DNA of 64,000 nucleotides from Mobula hypostoma. Its lineage: Eukaryota. Under the pieces are notes generated by a model. It was given only the letters and a program-made list of their open reading frames with translations, did no database searches and was not told where the DNA came from. The translations under genes and the position numbers were made by a program. The stretch spans positions 118,236,001 through 118,300,000 of the forward strand of contig NC_086097.1 of the NCBI RefSeq assembly GCF_963921235.1. Direction: 5' to 3'. Of the stretch, positions 1 to 11,582 are shown piece after piece (position 1 is the stretch's first letter; every line of letters starts with the position of its first letter).

Positions 1-258
1 AGTTCAATCCCCAGCCGAGGCAGCTTGTTATGTCCTTGAGCAAGGTACTTAACCACACAGTGCTCTGCAATGACACCGGTGCCAAGTTGTATGGGTCCTA
101 ATGCCCTTCCCTTGGACAACATCGGTGGCGTGGAGAAGGGAGACTTGCAGCATGGGCAACTTCCGGTCTTCCATACAACGTTGTCCGGGCCTGCGCGCTG
201 GAGAGTGAAGACTTTCCAGGTGCAGATCCATGGTCTCGCAAGACTAACGGATGCCTTA
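1..258 (+). mobile_element. tRNA-derived SINE (family A), 5' end cut by the window edge
   Basis: B-box remnant GTTCAATCC, then TGTCCTTGAGCAAGGTACTTAAC; colinear with copies at 11583-11889 and 30474-30774. Confidence 0.85.
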
Positions 259-770
259 TTAATAATTTTAAAATAGTAAATTTTCAAGAATAAATTTTAG
301 TATTGAATTATTGATAAATATGTCTGTTTTTCACTATATTTTCAATACTCTGACAAATCCTCATTGATTTTGTCAGAGTTTCAATCTTAGCCTTGCATCT
401 TGTTGCAAGATTTTAGGGGGGTCTTGAAGTGGAAGCACAACTGCCCACATTGTGGGAGGTGTATTTTCACAATAGTGGTCTAGGCATGGGATAGTGCAGT
501 GTTGGAAGGTGGGAATAATACAAAAACCCATCACTCTGATAAAATATTAGGCAAACAAAGGTGTAGCTTGGAGAGTTAAACTGTAAAAATCTACAACATG
601 CATTTCAAGGCAATGTTTCGGAGTGAAACAGTGGAGTAGTATGTTTAATAACATGTTGATGAAACACTGTCATGGTGTCTGAATAGTATTGTTTACAGGT
701 AGGATTACTATATCAGATATGATAAGTGTTGAAAGGATCTATGCCACAAAGTAAAGGTAAAAGGTATCTG

Positions 771-902
771 GCAACACACATCAAAATTGCTGGTGAACGC
801 AGCCGGCCAGGCAGCATTTCTAGGAAGAGGTACAGTCGACGTTTCAGGCCGAGACCCTTCATCAGGACTAACTGAAGGAAGAGTTAGTAAGAGATTTGAA
901 AA
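771..902 (-). mobile_element. Short Penelope-like element 3' fragment carrying a hammerhead ribozyme
   Basis: Flanked by direct repeat AAAAGGTATCTG (759-770, 903-914); homologous to the other PLE-end fragments in the window. Confidence 0.8.
834..869 (-). ncRNA. Minimal type I hammerhead ribozyme (Penelope-type)
   Basis: Minus strand AGUC-CUGAUGA-AGG(GUCUCGG)CCU-GAAA-CG-UC-GACU: stem I AGUC/GACU, full catalytic core, stem II AGG/CCU, palindromic ACGU stem III, cleavage after GUC. Confidence 0.8.
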
Positions 903-930
903 AAAAGGTATCTGTTATGCTTTGTAACTT

Positions 931-3405
931 CAAAACAGTAGTAGTGAGGTCGGAGATGGTATTAAACAGGAAATTAGAAAAGTGTGCAATAAAGGAACAG
1001 CAGTTATAATGGGTGACTTCAATCTACATGTAGACTGGGTGAACCAAATTGGTAAAGGTGCTGAGGAAGAGGATTTCTTGGAATGTATGCGGGATGGTTT
1101 TTTGAACCAACATGTCGAGGAACCGACTAGAGAGCAGGCTATTCTGGACTGGGTTTTGAGCAATGAGGAAGGGTTAATTAGCGATCTTGTCGTGAGAGGC
1201 CCCTTGGGTAAGAGTGACCATAATATGGTGGAATTCTTCATTAACATGGAGAGTGACGTAGTTAATTCAGAAACAAAGGTTCTGAACTTAAAGAGGGGTA
1301 ACTTTGAAGGTATGAGACATGAATTAGCTAAGATAGACTGGCAAATGACACTTCAAGGATTGACGGTGGATATGCAATGGCAGGCATTTAAAGGTTGCAT
1401 GGATGAACTACAACAATTGTTCATCCCAGTTTGGCAAAAGAATAAATCAAGGAAGGTAGTGCACCCGTGGCTGACAAGAGAAATTAGGGATAGTATCAAT
1501 TCCAAAGAAGTAGCATACAAATTAGCCAGAGAAAGTGGCTCACCTGAGGACTGGGAGAAATTCAGAGTTCAGCAGAGGAGGACAAAGGGCTTAATTAGGA
1601 AGGGGAAAAAAGATTATGAGAGAAAACTGGCAGAGAACATAAAAACGGACTGTAAAAGCTTTTATAGATATGTAAAAAGGAAAAGACTGATAAAGACAAA
1701 TGTAGGTCCCCTGCAAACAGAAACAGGTGAATTGATTATGGGGAGCAAGGACATGGCAGACCAATTGAATAATTACTTTGGTTCTGTCTTCACTAAGGAG
1801 GACATAAATAATCTTCCAGAAATAGTAAGGGACAGAGGGTCCAGTGAGATGGAGGAACTGAGCGAAATACATGTTAGTAGGGAAGTGGTGTTAGGTAAAT
1901 TGAAGGGATTGAAGGCAGATAAATCCCCAGGGCCAGATGGTCTGCATCCCAGAGTGCTTAAGGAAGTGGCCCAAGAAATAGTGGATGCATTAGTGATAAT
2001 TTTTCAAAACTCGTTAGATTCTGGACTAGTTCCTGAGGATTGGAGGGTGGCTAATGTAACCCCACTTTTTAAAAAAGGAGGGAGAGAGAAACCGGGGAAT
2101 TATAGGCCGGTTAGCCTAACGTCGGTGGTGGGGAAACTGCTGGAGTCAGTTATCAAGGATGTGATAACAGCACATTTGGAAAGCGGTGAAATGATCGGAC
2201 AAAGTCAGCATGGATTTGTGAAAGGAAAATCATGTCTGACGAATCTCATAGAATTTTTTGAGGATGTAACTAGTAGAGTGGATAGGGGAGAACCAGTGGA
2301 TGTGGTATATTTGGATTTTCAAAAGGCTTTTGACAAGGTCCCACATAGGAGATTAGTGTGCAAACTTAAAGCACACGGTATTGGGGGTAAGGTATTGGTG
2401 TGGGTGGAGAATTGGTTAGCAGACAGGAAGCAAAGAGTGGGAATAAACGGGACCTTTTCAGAATGGCAGGCGGTGACTAGTGGGGTACCGCAAGGCTCAG
2501 TGCTGGGACCCCAGTTGTTTACAATATATATTAATGACTTGGATGAGGGAATTAAATGCAGCATCTCCAAGTTTGCGGATGACACGAAGCTGGGTGGCAG
2601 TGTTAGCAGTGAGGAGGATGCTAAGAGGATGCAGGGTGACTTGGATAGGTTGGGTGAGTGGGCAAACTCATGGCAGATGCAATTTAATGTGGATAAATGT
2701 GAAGTTATCCACTTTGGTGGCAAAAATAGGAAAACAGATTATTATCTGAATGGTGGCCGATTAGGAAAAGGGGAGGTGCAACGAGACCTGGGTGTCATTA
2801 TACACCAGTCATTGAAAGTGGGCATGCAGGTACAGCAGGCGGTGAAAAAGGCGAACGGTATGCTGGCATTTATAGCGAGAGGATTCGAGTACAGGAGCAG
2901 GGAGGTACTACTGCAGTTGTACAAGGCCTTGGTGAGACCACACCTGGAGTATTGTGTGCAGTTTTGGTCCCCTAATCTGAGGAAAGACATCTTTGCCATA
3001 GAGGGAGTACAAAGAAGGTTCACCAGATTGATTCCTGGGATGGCAGGTCTTTCATATGAAGAAAGACTGGATGAACTGGGCTTGTACTCGTTGGAATTTA
3101 GAAGATTGAGGGGGGATCTGATTGAAACGTATAAGATCCTAAAGGGATTGGACAGGCTAGATGCGGGAAGATTGTTCCCGATGTTGGGGAGGTCTAGAAC
3201 GAGGGGTCACAGTTTGAGGATAGAGGGGAAGCCTTTTAGGACCGAGGTTAGGAAAAACTTCTTCACACAGAGAGTGGTGAATCTGTGGAATTCTCTGCCA
3301 CAGCAAACTGTTGAGGCCAGTTCATTAGCTATGTTTAAAAGGAAGTTAGATATGGCCCTTGTGGCTACAGGGGTCAGGGGGTATGGAGGGAAGGCTGGGT
3401 TCTGA
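931..3405 (+). CDS. CR1 ORF2: C-terminal part of the APE endonuclease plus reverse transcriptase; uninterrupted but lacking its N-terminus
   Basis: Motifs [40 protein letters not shown]; no stop from 931 to 3405. Confidence 0.9.
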   Translation, partial: QNSSSEVGDGIKQEIRKVCNKGTAVIMGDFNLHVDWVNQIGKGAEEEDFLECMRDGFLNQHVEEPTREQAILDWVLSNEEGLISDLVVRGPLGKSDHNMVEFFINMESDVVNSETKVLNLKRGNFEGMRHELAKIDWQMTLQGLTVDMQWQAFKGCMDELQQLFIPVWQKNKSRKVVHPWLTREIRDSINSKEVAYKLARESGSPEDWEKFRVQQRRTKGLIRKGKKDYERKLAENIKTDCKSFYRYVKRKRLIKTNVGPLQTETGELIMGSKDMADQLNNYFGSVFTKEDINNLPEIVRDRGSSEMEELSEIHVSREVVLGKLKGLKADKSPGPDGLHPRVLKEVAQEIVDALVIIFQNSLDSGLVPEDWRVANVTPLFKKGGREKPGNYRPVSLTSVVGKLLESVIKDVITAHLESGEMIGQSQHGFVKGKSCLTNLIEFFEDVTSRVDRGEPVDVVYLDFQKAFDKVPHRRLVCKLKAHGIGGKVLVWVENWLADRKQRVGINGTFSEWQAVTSGVPQGSVLGPQLFTIYINDLDEGIKCSISKFADDTKLGGSVSSEEDAKRMQGDLDRLGEWANSWQMQFNVDKCEVIHFGGKNRKTDYYLNGGRLGKGEVQRDLGVIIHQSLKVGMQVQQAVKKANGMLAFIARGFEYRSREVLLQLYKALVRPHLEYCVQFWSPNLRKDIFAIEGVQRRFTRLIPGMAGLSYEERLDELGLYSLEFRRLRGDLIETYKILKGLDRLDAGRLFPMLGRSRTRGHSLRIEGKPFRTEVRKNFFTQRVVNLWNSLPQQTVEASSLAMFKRKLDMALVATGVRGYGGKAGF

Positions 3406-3501
3406 GTTGGATGATCAGCCATGATCATAATAAATGGCGGTGCAGGCTCGAAGGGCCGAATGGCCTACTCCTGCACCTATTTTCTATGTTTCTATGTTTC
3501 T
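931..3501 (+). mobile_element. CR1-clade LINE (family 1), 5'-truncated, young
   Basis: ORF2 plus 3'UTR ending in (TTTCTATG)n; possible TSD or microhomology AAAACA at 932-937 and 3502-3507. Confidence 0.95.
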
Positions 3502-3589
3502 AAAACATTAAACTAACTGAAAAAAAAGATTTAGGAGTCTGAAAATGCAGGTTTAACTTTGGGTTTACCTTCAGCCAGGTGCACACATA

Positions 3590-4182
3590 TGTAATGCCCT
3601 GGTTCACATGGTTGATATTTTTTCTCTGTTATGATTTTCTGTTCTCTGTGTAAGCTGCTTGTTTGGGTTACTGTGGAAGATAAGAGATAAGAGAAATGTG
3701 TGCCATCCAATGGAGATGAACAGATTCAGGGGAGGTTTCTCTGGTGACGGACACTAAGGTTGAGCTCGGGGCTTTTGAGAGGGGAGAAGAGAGAAGACGC
3801 CGGAGAGAAGTCAGAGGAGTCGACCAGGAGTGGGACCAGGATTCGATGAAGCCTGAGAAGATCAAAAGAGGATCGGCGAAGGGGAAACCATGAGCTCCAA
3901 CTTGTGCACGTTAGACTGTTTCATTGAAAATGGGCCCTTTTCTTTTTTTGCTTTTTCTTTACTAACCCTTTAGTCAAATGAAGAATTATAAAGCTAAATC
4001 TTTGAATTGTATGTGGTGTACTGTCTGTTATTTTGCAGTACTTATTTGCAACATGGTAACAAATCACACAGCATCTACCCCCACGGGGGATTTGGGGGGC
4101 TTGTTCTTTAATCTCCCATGATTGGCAGGGCCGGAGGGTGTCTTCCCTAGACCTACTCAGCTGATGGAACCGGAGTGTTACA
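3590..4182 (+). mobile_element. Solo LTR (Gypsy-like)
   Basis: TGTAA...TTACA termini, perfect 4-bp TSD CATA (3586-3589, 4183-4186); strand tentative. Confidence 0.85.
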
Positions 4183-4560
4183 CATAGCACGTGGTGGTGT
4201 GATGTCGTATGCAATTCACCTATTTATACAGATAACTAGTAAGGAATTATTTAAAGGAGCAAGTATGCTTAATCAAACAATATGTATACAAGGTTACATA
4301 AGTATTATTGGAATAGGAATACTAAATACACAACCGTATCAATGACATTCCTTTGTTGAGATACGAAGGTTAGGTCTGACAGAGAAGCACAGCCTTGTCA
4401 TTCACACAAAACATCACTTCTGATATTTTATTTTGACCTGTTTTACTTTATTAGCCATGTTAACACAGGGAATATACAGCAATAGTATATCTCTAGAATT
4501 GCAAAAAATATAAACACATGGCCTAGAAATTCAGAACCCAGCATTTGGTTCAGTGGGTGA

Positions 4561-5921
4561 CAGACATCCCACTCTACAAAAACTCATTTCAGGGAGATAT
4601 CACCACCATTTCAGGGAAGTAGCACCCCCACCCCACCCCCGCAACACCATATCCCCCCTGCCCCACCCGTCGACCTACAAGGGTGTATGTAATACTTTGT
4701 TTAGTGATTTTGTCTAATCTGTAAACCAAGTTAGGTATATGCAGCAAATGTGACATTAAAATATGTACTTATATTATATTATATTATCATGTTTATTCTA
4801 TTACAACTTTAAGAAAGTCTACAGGAGTTTGGCCTCATCACGTAGGACATCAATAGCGTAGCTCCTTAGCAGCCAGCCAGCTAGTTTAAATAACGTTAGC
4901 TGTGCTAATGAACGAATGACACCTGTTAAACTCACCTCAACGTGTCTTTTACGTTTTAACCCACCATGGGCAATAGAAAAGTCACTGTTGCAAACAGTGC
5001 AGTGAGCAACACTGTCATTATTTTTGAGGTTGACTGTGAAGCCCGCCCACAGAGAAAACTGATAGGTCTACTTAGCAGGGGTCCCCAACCTTTTTTCACC
5101 GCAGACCCGTTTAATATTGACAATATTCTTGCGGACCGGCCAACTGGGGTGGGGGGGTGGTGGGGGGGTGTTGATCACGACCAGAATATAGGTGATAAGT
5201 CAATAGTATCATAACATTTTAAGTAATGTTTGGATGTTAAACACACAGCGCATATATTCCCTGTATGAACATATAAAATCATTGCAACACACCAATATTG
5301 CTGAATCAGTGGGTGCCCGGGGTTTGCTTCCCTGCAACAAGACGGTCCCATCGAGGGGTGATGGGAGACAGCGATACTCGAAGGGGGTTCCTTATGTCCA
5401 GTCTATTCCGCAATTTAGTTTTCGTTGCATTCAATGCAGAAAACTCCGCTTCGCAGCGATATGATGTCGGAAATGGAAGCAACGTTTTCAGTGCTTTCGT
5501 GGCTACCTCAGGATATTCAGCCTTGACTTTGATCCAGAATGCCAGCAGAGATGTTATGTCAAACAAACTTTTCAGCCCGCCGTCATTTACAAGCTCGAGG
5601 AGTTGATCTTTTTCCCGCGCTGACATGGCTGACCCACGGGTAATGACCTCGCGTGCGTTCGCGTTCAACAGTGCATGACAGGGAATGAGGAAAGGTGCAA
5701 ATGACACATATCGTTTCATATCGCCAAATCATATTGTTTCTTCACAACCCGGTGGTTGGGGACCGCTCTTAGCACGAAGGAACACCAATCAGGATGCTCG
5801 CTCTCCCTCTCCCTCTCAAAAAAATCTACTTCCGGGATATTGTATATAATTTCCGGGCATCAGGGAGCCACTATCGATATGCGGGAGACTCCCGGATCTT
5901 CCGGGAGAGGTGGGATGTCTG
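4561..5921. mobile_element. Non-autonomous DNA transposon with a 6-bp TSD (possibly hAT6-like)
   Basis: 12-bp TIR CAGACATCCCAC/GTGGGATGTCTG, TSD GGGTGA (4555-4560, 5922-5927), subterminal CGGGAG motifs. Confidence 0.75.
5076..5767 (-). mobile_element. Internally deleted hAT-Charlie/Buster element nested in the previous element
   Basis: TIR CAGGGGTCCCCAACC / GGTTGGGGACCGCT; ORF 5306-5719(-) encodes a hAT C-terminal dimerisation region (FWIKVKAEYPE...PFPTSYRCEAEFS...KLRNRL); partial TSD CTTAG. Confidence 0.85.
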
Positions 5922-6129
5922 GGGTGATGAGTGGTTAGGATCAGGTGCTGAAGGCCTGTGACTGATGCAGAGGGTAGTGAGGTAGGCAGCTTGTTCCCAA
6001 GAACTTGTTGAGGTTTGTGGAAGTGTGTCATGGGAGACGAAGGACTGGCAGAATGATCTGGGATGTGGTGAGCGGGATGAGAGATATTCATTGTGGGGGG
6101 AATTATCAGGAACATCACTAAATTTAAAA

Positions 6130-6340
6130 GATTATATATTGGACTTATTTGCTACATGTGCATCAAAACACACAATGAAATGCAATAATCAAACCAGCTA
6201 AGGTTATGTTGGGTGGAATAGGGAGTCTACACGTGTCGCCATGCTTCCAGCACTAACATGGGATAAGCACAGCTGGAGCCATAGGCCTTTGGAATGTGGC
6301 AAGAAACTGGAGCATCTGAAAGAAGTGCAAGCTGTCTGGA
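6130..6340 (-). mobile_element. Degenerate HE1/V-SINE-like fragment
   Basis: TTTGGAATGTGG..GAAACTGGAGCA motif shared with the copy at 14430-14750. Confidence 0.55.
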
Positions 6341-6369
6341 TAGCCTCCAGCTTGATGGCACGGACAGCA

Positions 6370-6770
6370 ATTTCTCCTAATTTCCCACCCTGGCTCCTCT
6401 CTTACCTCTTCTCTTTTCCTCGCTTGCTTATCACTTTCCCTGAAGCCCTGCCTCCTTCCCTTCCTCTCCTATCAGATTCCTTCTTTTCCTGCCTTTTATC
6501 ATTTCCACCAGTCACCTTCCAGCTTCTTACTTCTTTCCCCACCCCCCACCCACCTGGCTTCACCTATCAACTTCCAACTTTTACTCTTTTCCCTCCCCCG
6601 AACCTTCTTATTCTGGCTTCTTCCTTCTTCATTTCTAGTCCTGATGAAGGATCTCGGCCAGAAATGTTGTTTCCATAATTTGTTTCCATAGATGCTGCAG
6701 GACCTGCTAGACCTGCTAAGATCCCCCAGCATATTCTGTGTGTTGCTCTGGATTTCCAGGGTCTCCAGAA
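6370..6770 (+). mobile_element. Penelope-like 3' fragment with a decayed hammerhead (6637-6668)
   Basis: CT-rich tract, then AGTCCTGATGAAGGATCTCGGCCAGAAATG and a GATGCTG...CCAGCA tail. Confidence 0.7.
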
Positions 6771-6771
6771 C

Positions 6772-6772
<1 letters not shown>

Positions 6773-6813
<41 letters not shown>

Positions 6814-6816
6814 TGC

Positions 6817-6854
<38 letters not shown>

Positions 6855-6872
6855 GCATGTGTGTATGCGTGT
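6773..6872. repeat. (GT)n microsatellite
   Basis: Direct inspection. Confidence 0.98.
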
Positions 6873-6936
6873 CAAACAAATCATGCTCCTTTTGTTCATA
6901 ATTTTGTTGCTGCTAATAAGCAGTCTACTTTCACAG

Positions 6937-6975
6937 GAGCAGAAAGTTCCAACATCAGATCATAATGATATTTCT
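6937..6975 (+). other. Candidate 39-nt exon (EQKVPTSDHNDIS) of an unidentified host gene
   Basis: Branch-like TGCTAAT at 6911, acceptor CTTTCACAG, donor GTGAGT, length divisible by 3; no recognised homology. Confidence 0.25.
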
Positions 6976-7879
6976 GTGAGTTAGAGGAGATGCAGAAAGA
7001 ATTTTACGCTCAGCAAATACACTGTTCTTCTTGATCTCAGCATACAGCAAAATGAGCTTTCCCATGAAATGCAAGTGAAGAACATCAGCATGAGACTTCA
7101 AGAACTCAACTGGAATTAACTTTTTTCTAAAGTTGGTACACTTTTATGTTCATTAAAAATCATTGTTCAATAAAAATTGTTAGACCTGTATAAAATAGGA
7201 AAACAACTTAGAAGCAGAGATACTGATTAATATTACTAACAAAGTTATCTTTCAGTCAATAAGATTGTATGAATTTTGAAGTTTCCATTTTCTATGTGCA
7301 TTAAGTATACCTTCCTTATCTTTATGAGTTCTCACCATTGAGTTACAAACTCATCTTAACCTCAAATTGCACGTGATATTATCTGAAATCTTATCGATTT
7401 CAGTTATATGCTTCCATCCAATGATGTAATACAACTTGTCAAGTTTCATTATGCTGTGGTACAAACATGAACTGTTCCTCCTGAGGTGCCATTTTCCAAA
7501 AGTGCTTTAACCTAAGGGAATATGTATTGAAATATGTATTCAAACTAAATTCAGGAGATTTTGCAATTTGAAGATGAGAGGGGATAATTCAAATTGGTCA
7601 TTCAGTCTTGTTTTGTCCAAAAGCAAATGTTGGGATTCAGAAAAAGGTCGGGGGAGGGAGAAGATGGTGGAAACACAGCAGATGAGTGTTTCTGGAAGGA
7701 AAAATGGGGGAGGACGCACTGGACAGCACCCTTCATCAGATCATTAACACATTGGTACTCTCTCTACATGCTGATTTTTTCTGGATGATTATGAAATGCA
7801 AATCTGGAGACTGTTAGTCAAGCAAATGATTTATTGGCCATGATTTGAAGATTTGAGCTTATCCCACTACCAATTAAAT

Positions 7880-8398
7880 GCTCCCAGTGGTGTGTGCCTC
7901 AAATAGCCTCTGACAATAAGGTCCAGCTTCTGGCCTTTGCATGTAGCTTAGATACTAAGCCTGGTGGAACCTTTCTACTGATAGGAAAAGTGGCAAAGGT
8001 GGGTTACTGGTGCCTTAAAATCAGTTGCTTTGGGCAGATGGGGCTCCACAACGATGACTGGTACCTCACCTAGAAGAAGCAAAACTAACCTCAAATCTCC
8101 GCTGCTGTGTGTGGGTATACCACTCATGGGGAAGGCTTCAGGAGTAAACCCTGAGGGGAAGTGCGGAGCTGCAGTCACTATCGCAGTCCAATGTTGAGTT
8201 GAACACTGACTCGTAACTCCTGTGATGTAGCTTGTGCCAAAGTGTATCGGCCTCTGCCATTCCTTTTGGGTTCACCAGATGCGTGGAGTGAGGGAGAGCC
8301 AGCTGCATAGACAACAGCTTGTGCTCCGTACCACACTGCCCTGATTTACATATCATGTAATCACGTAGTCAACGAGGATGTGATATCCATAATCAACC
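7880..8398 (+). mobile_element. Old non-autonomous retroposon, probably RTE-related
   Basis: Segment 8220-8345 is homologous to the body of SINE family A; RTE assignment is inferred. Confidence 0.55.
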
Positions 8399-11300
8399 AC
8401 ATTCATATATATATGCATGTGTGTGTGTGTGTGTGTGTATTCTCAGTGGTGACTTTGTTAGGTATCTCCTGTACCTTGTGGCCACTGAGTGTTCATGGTC
8501 CTCTGCCACATTGTGCATACACAGCACATTTTTTGTGTTGCACTGTACTGCTGTCAATAAACAACATATTGCATGGCCCATGTTAGGTGATAATAATCCT
8601 GATTCTCATTCTGATTCTGATGGACTTCAGAGTGAAAAGGTGAAGGAGAGTGAAAACTTCAGAAGGTGCTGAACTTCTACCACAATTGCTGCATACGAGA
8701 ACAATTCATCTGGGATCATGAAATCCTGTCACACTTTGGTACAAGGTGACACACCACATGTAAAGCTGATTTATGGTGATCGGCTCCTAGTAATTACCTA
8801 CCCAAGGCTTACAGTTAAGGTACAGCTGTGGATTCTTCCTCTTCCTGCTCTCCTCTACATGCTTCACGAAATATCATTATACTAAAGATATACAAGGATA
8901 AATTCATAATTTTTCATTTCTGCATGAAATTTTGTAGCTTCCTTTATACATGATAGCTTCTAAAAATTGCTCAGATAAACTCTGTAGGAAACCAAGCTGT
9001 CCAGCGATTTAACTTTCTATTGAAAATACAGCACTATAATGTTCAATCTAAAGATGATGCTTTATGTCATTTAACAATAAATATTTCCAGAATTTGTGCA
9101 ATTATTTTATCACTGGAAGAGCTGGGTCTTAGTCATTTATTTTCTACTGAACAGAACAAAAAGAATAGCAAAGCGCTTTGCCCAAATGTTCTTCAAAGAA
9201 GTTTCCAAATGATCAAATTAGATTTGATCCACATTTAATTGTCAAAGTGGTTCTGCATTCAGCACTACACCCAGTTGGGTCATCTGCAAAATATTGCGAA
9301 ATTAGTCAACAAGTCATTTAAAATAATGATTTACACTGAGAATGAAGTCCTAAAGCAAGAGTAACATGGAAAGTCCCTTTGATACTGATCAGAGGGAAAA
9401 TAATCTGGCCATAAAATAAATTTCTTCATGGCTGCCCAAGAAAGCTGCTTATGTGACCACAAGGGAAAGACAAAGGGAAAGGGTTCACTGATCCTCCAAG
9501 AGTGTAGGCACCTCCATCAGACTGCCTACCCTGATCAAGTCCTGTGATCAAAATAGCTCTGCACCACATGGCAAAGAAGAATTTGAGGTGAATATGTTGA
9601 AGTCTTGCATGTTCATGACTAATTTCCAACCATCTTTTTCCATTCAGTAATCTTAGGACTCAGGACTCTGTTTAGTATCACTGATATACTGTACATCATA
9701 ATTTTTGGGGTTTTCTGGCACTAGTACAGTGCAAGATATTAAAAAATACTATAAAATGCAATAAAAATAAAATAAAATAGTGCAAAAGAGGAATAGCGAG
9801 GTCATGTTCATGGGCTCATAGGCTATTCAGAAATCTGATGGCAGAGGGAAAAAACTCTTCCTAAAATCATTTTCATGCAGTTATCACATTGCTATTGGTT
9901 CACCAATTTTGCTAGGACAGATAAATAATTTTCCTTTGGTCCTTTTACCAATGAAGTACAGATCACTGCACACATTACTGAAGTAAGCAGTACAGAGAAG
10001 TTGCAAAAAAAACAATGCCAGGAACCTGTGCATGGAAAACTAATGCAAGCCCTTATTGTGTGGAAGACAATGGTGTTAGAATGGAGAATACTTTATTGAT
10101 GTCCAGTTCATCTTTTGCTTTATTTTGTCAACTTTCAATGAAAGTCACAGATTGCACTGTATTATGTTGGTAAGGGAGGACATATGTCGTGCACAACATG
10201 TAACATCACGAGGAGCATTACTAAAGTTGGAAGACCACCAGATGTGCTAAGGTTAACTGTGCGCTCACATCCCTGCTTCATTTTCCCTATTGGAGCATTT
10301 TAAATAATAAATGATCACCAACAAATGGGCTTCAATATATCTGATTTCTCAGTTGTGATTGTCAATCACAATCCTAGGGCAATGGTGCAGCATTTTTTTA
10401 AATCTTTCCTCCTCTTTCAGAAAGCGAGCTTCACTCAGAAAGCACCAGTTTGAATTCTGTCCCGCTACCAGAACTGTGATGCCATAACCGCAGAATAAAG
10501 AGGGAGCAACAGTTCGCCCAGCCATTATGGCAAGTGATGAACAACAGTGGTATGAAGTGCACATGAAGGCAGGGCAGAGACCCATCAGCATCCTTGGGAA
10601 ATTTGAATGGAGGAGAAGATACATCTAAAGAGTGAGCTCTTTTGTATTGTGGGCAACAAGAAGTCTGGAAGAGACAATGAGCTCATTTCAATTTGACAGA
10701 TACACAACAGTCTGTTACAATTAGGTACTATGACATCTCAGCCCATGTGAATGTGAGAGCTCTGCACCTTAAACTTGATGTAAACTGCGGGTGCAATATA
10801 AAGACCACCAAGAAACCAGTTCCCCATCTCCCATTCACTGATGATATAGTGGATGAAACTCCCTCTCCTATATTCACTTACGGCCAGAAACAGACACACG
10901 TCCTGAGCAAAGTGCACCAAACGCTAAACTGGAAGATTTGACCTAAATCAGCTACAGCCAGTTGGAAGGAACCTGAGGCTCAGAAGGTGAGAATGCTGTG
11001 ACCTTAGTCTCAATTAGCAGAGCAATCCAAGCATGGCATTGAGTTTCTTGCCTGGGAGCAGAAGGTTACCAATTATTGTAATGACTTCCCTGGTACTCAG
11101 GAAAGCTACCTGTGTGAGCATCGTTCCTTATAAAAGTCATGATTTGTGAGTGAGTCCCCATGGAAATGGATTGATGAAGGGAGAAGAAGGGTGGAGAAGG
11201 TATTCTGTCATGATCCATTCTATGTATCTTCCCTTAAGGTCACCATATCTGCCTACAGGTCCTCCAGCACCTGTCACTCATTTTCATAAACAAAACAACA

Positions 11301-11416
11301 GGCAACATTTCATAATGAGTTTCTAAGTTCTGAAATTTTGAGATTCAATAGGAGTCTAAGAGCAAGCAGGCTGCAAAACACTTGCAAACCACAAGACTGC
11401 TCTACTATCTCTGCAT

Positions 11417-11496
11417 CAGGGTTTCCCAACCTAGGGTATATAGACCCCTTGATTAATGGTATTGGTCTATAGTGTAAAATAGGTTGGGAACTCCTG
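11417..11496. mobile_element. 80-bp hAT MITE
   Basis: TIR CAGGGTTTCCCAACCT / AGGTTGGGAACTCCTG; degenerate 8-bp TSD CTCTGCAT / CTCTACAC. Confidence 0.75.
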
Positions 11497-11582
11497 CTCT
11501 ACACACATGACCCAGGTGGCTAGCACAGCTCAAACACCATCTATACATTTACTTTTTATTTATCCTTATTATATTGCAGTGT

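Noticed and set aside
2319..3428. Antisense ORFs within CR1 (also 20359-21194 and 46256-47372)
   Set aside because: Shadow frames of the RT coding strand with no independent evidence
6499..6984. His/Thr- or Cys/Val-rich ORFs
   Set aside because: Translations of a (GT)n microsatellite
7890..8010. Twister ribozyme at the 5' end of the old retroposon
   Set aside because: Only a loose CTAAGCCTGG resemblance; the pseudoknots and core could not be built
10693..10941. 82-aa ORF as a gene
   Set aside because: Non-ATG start, no motif, and a length expected by chance
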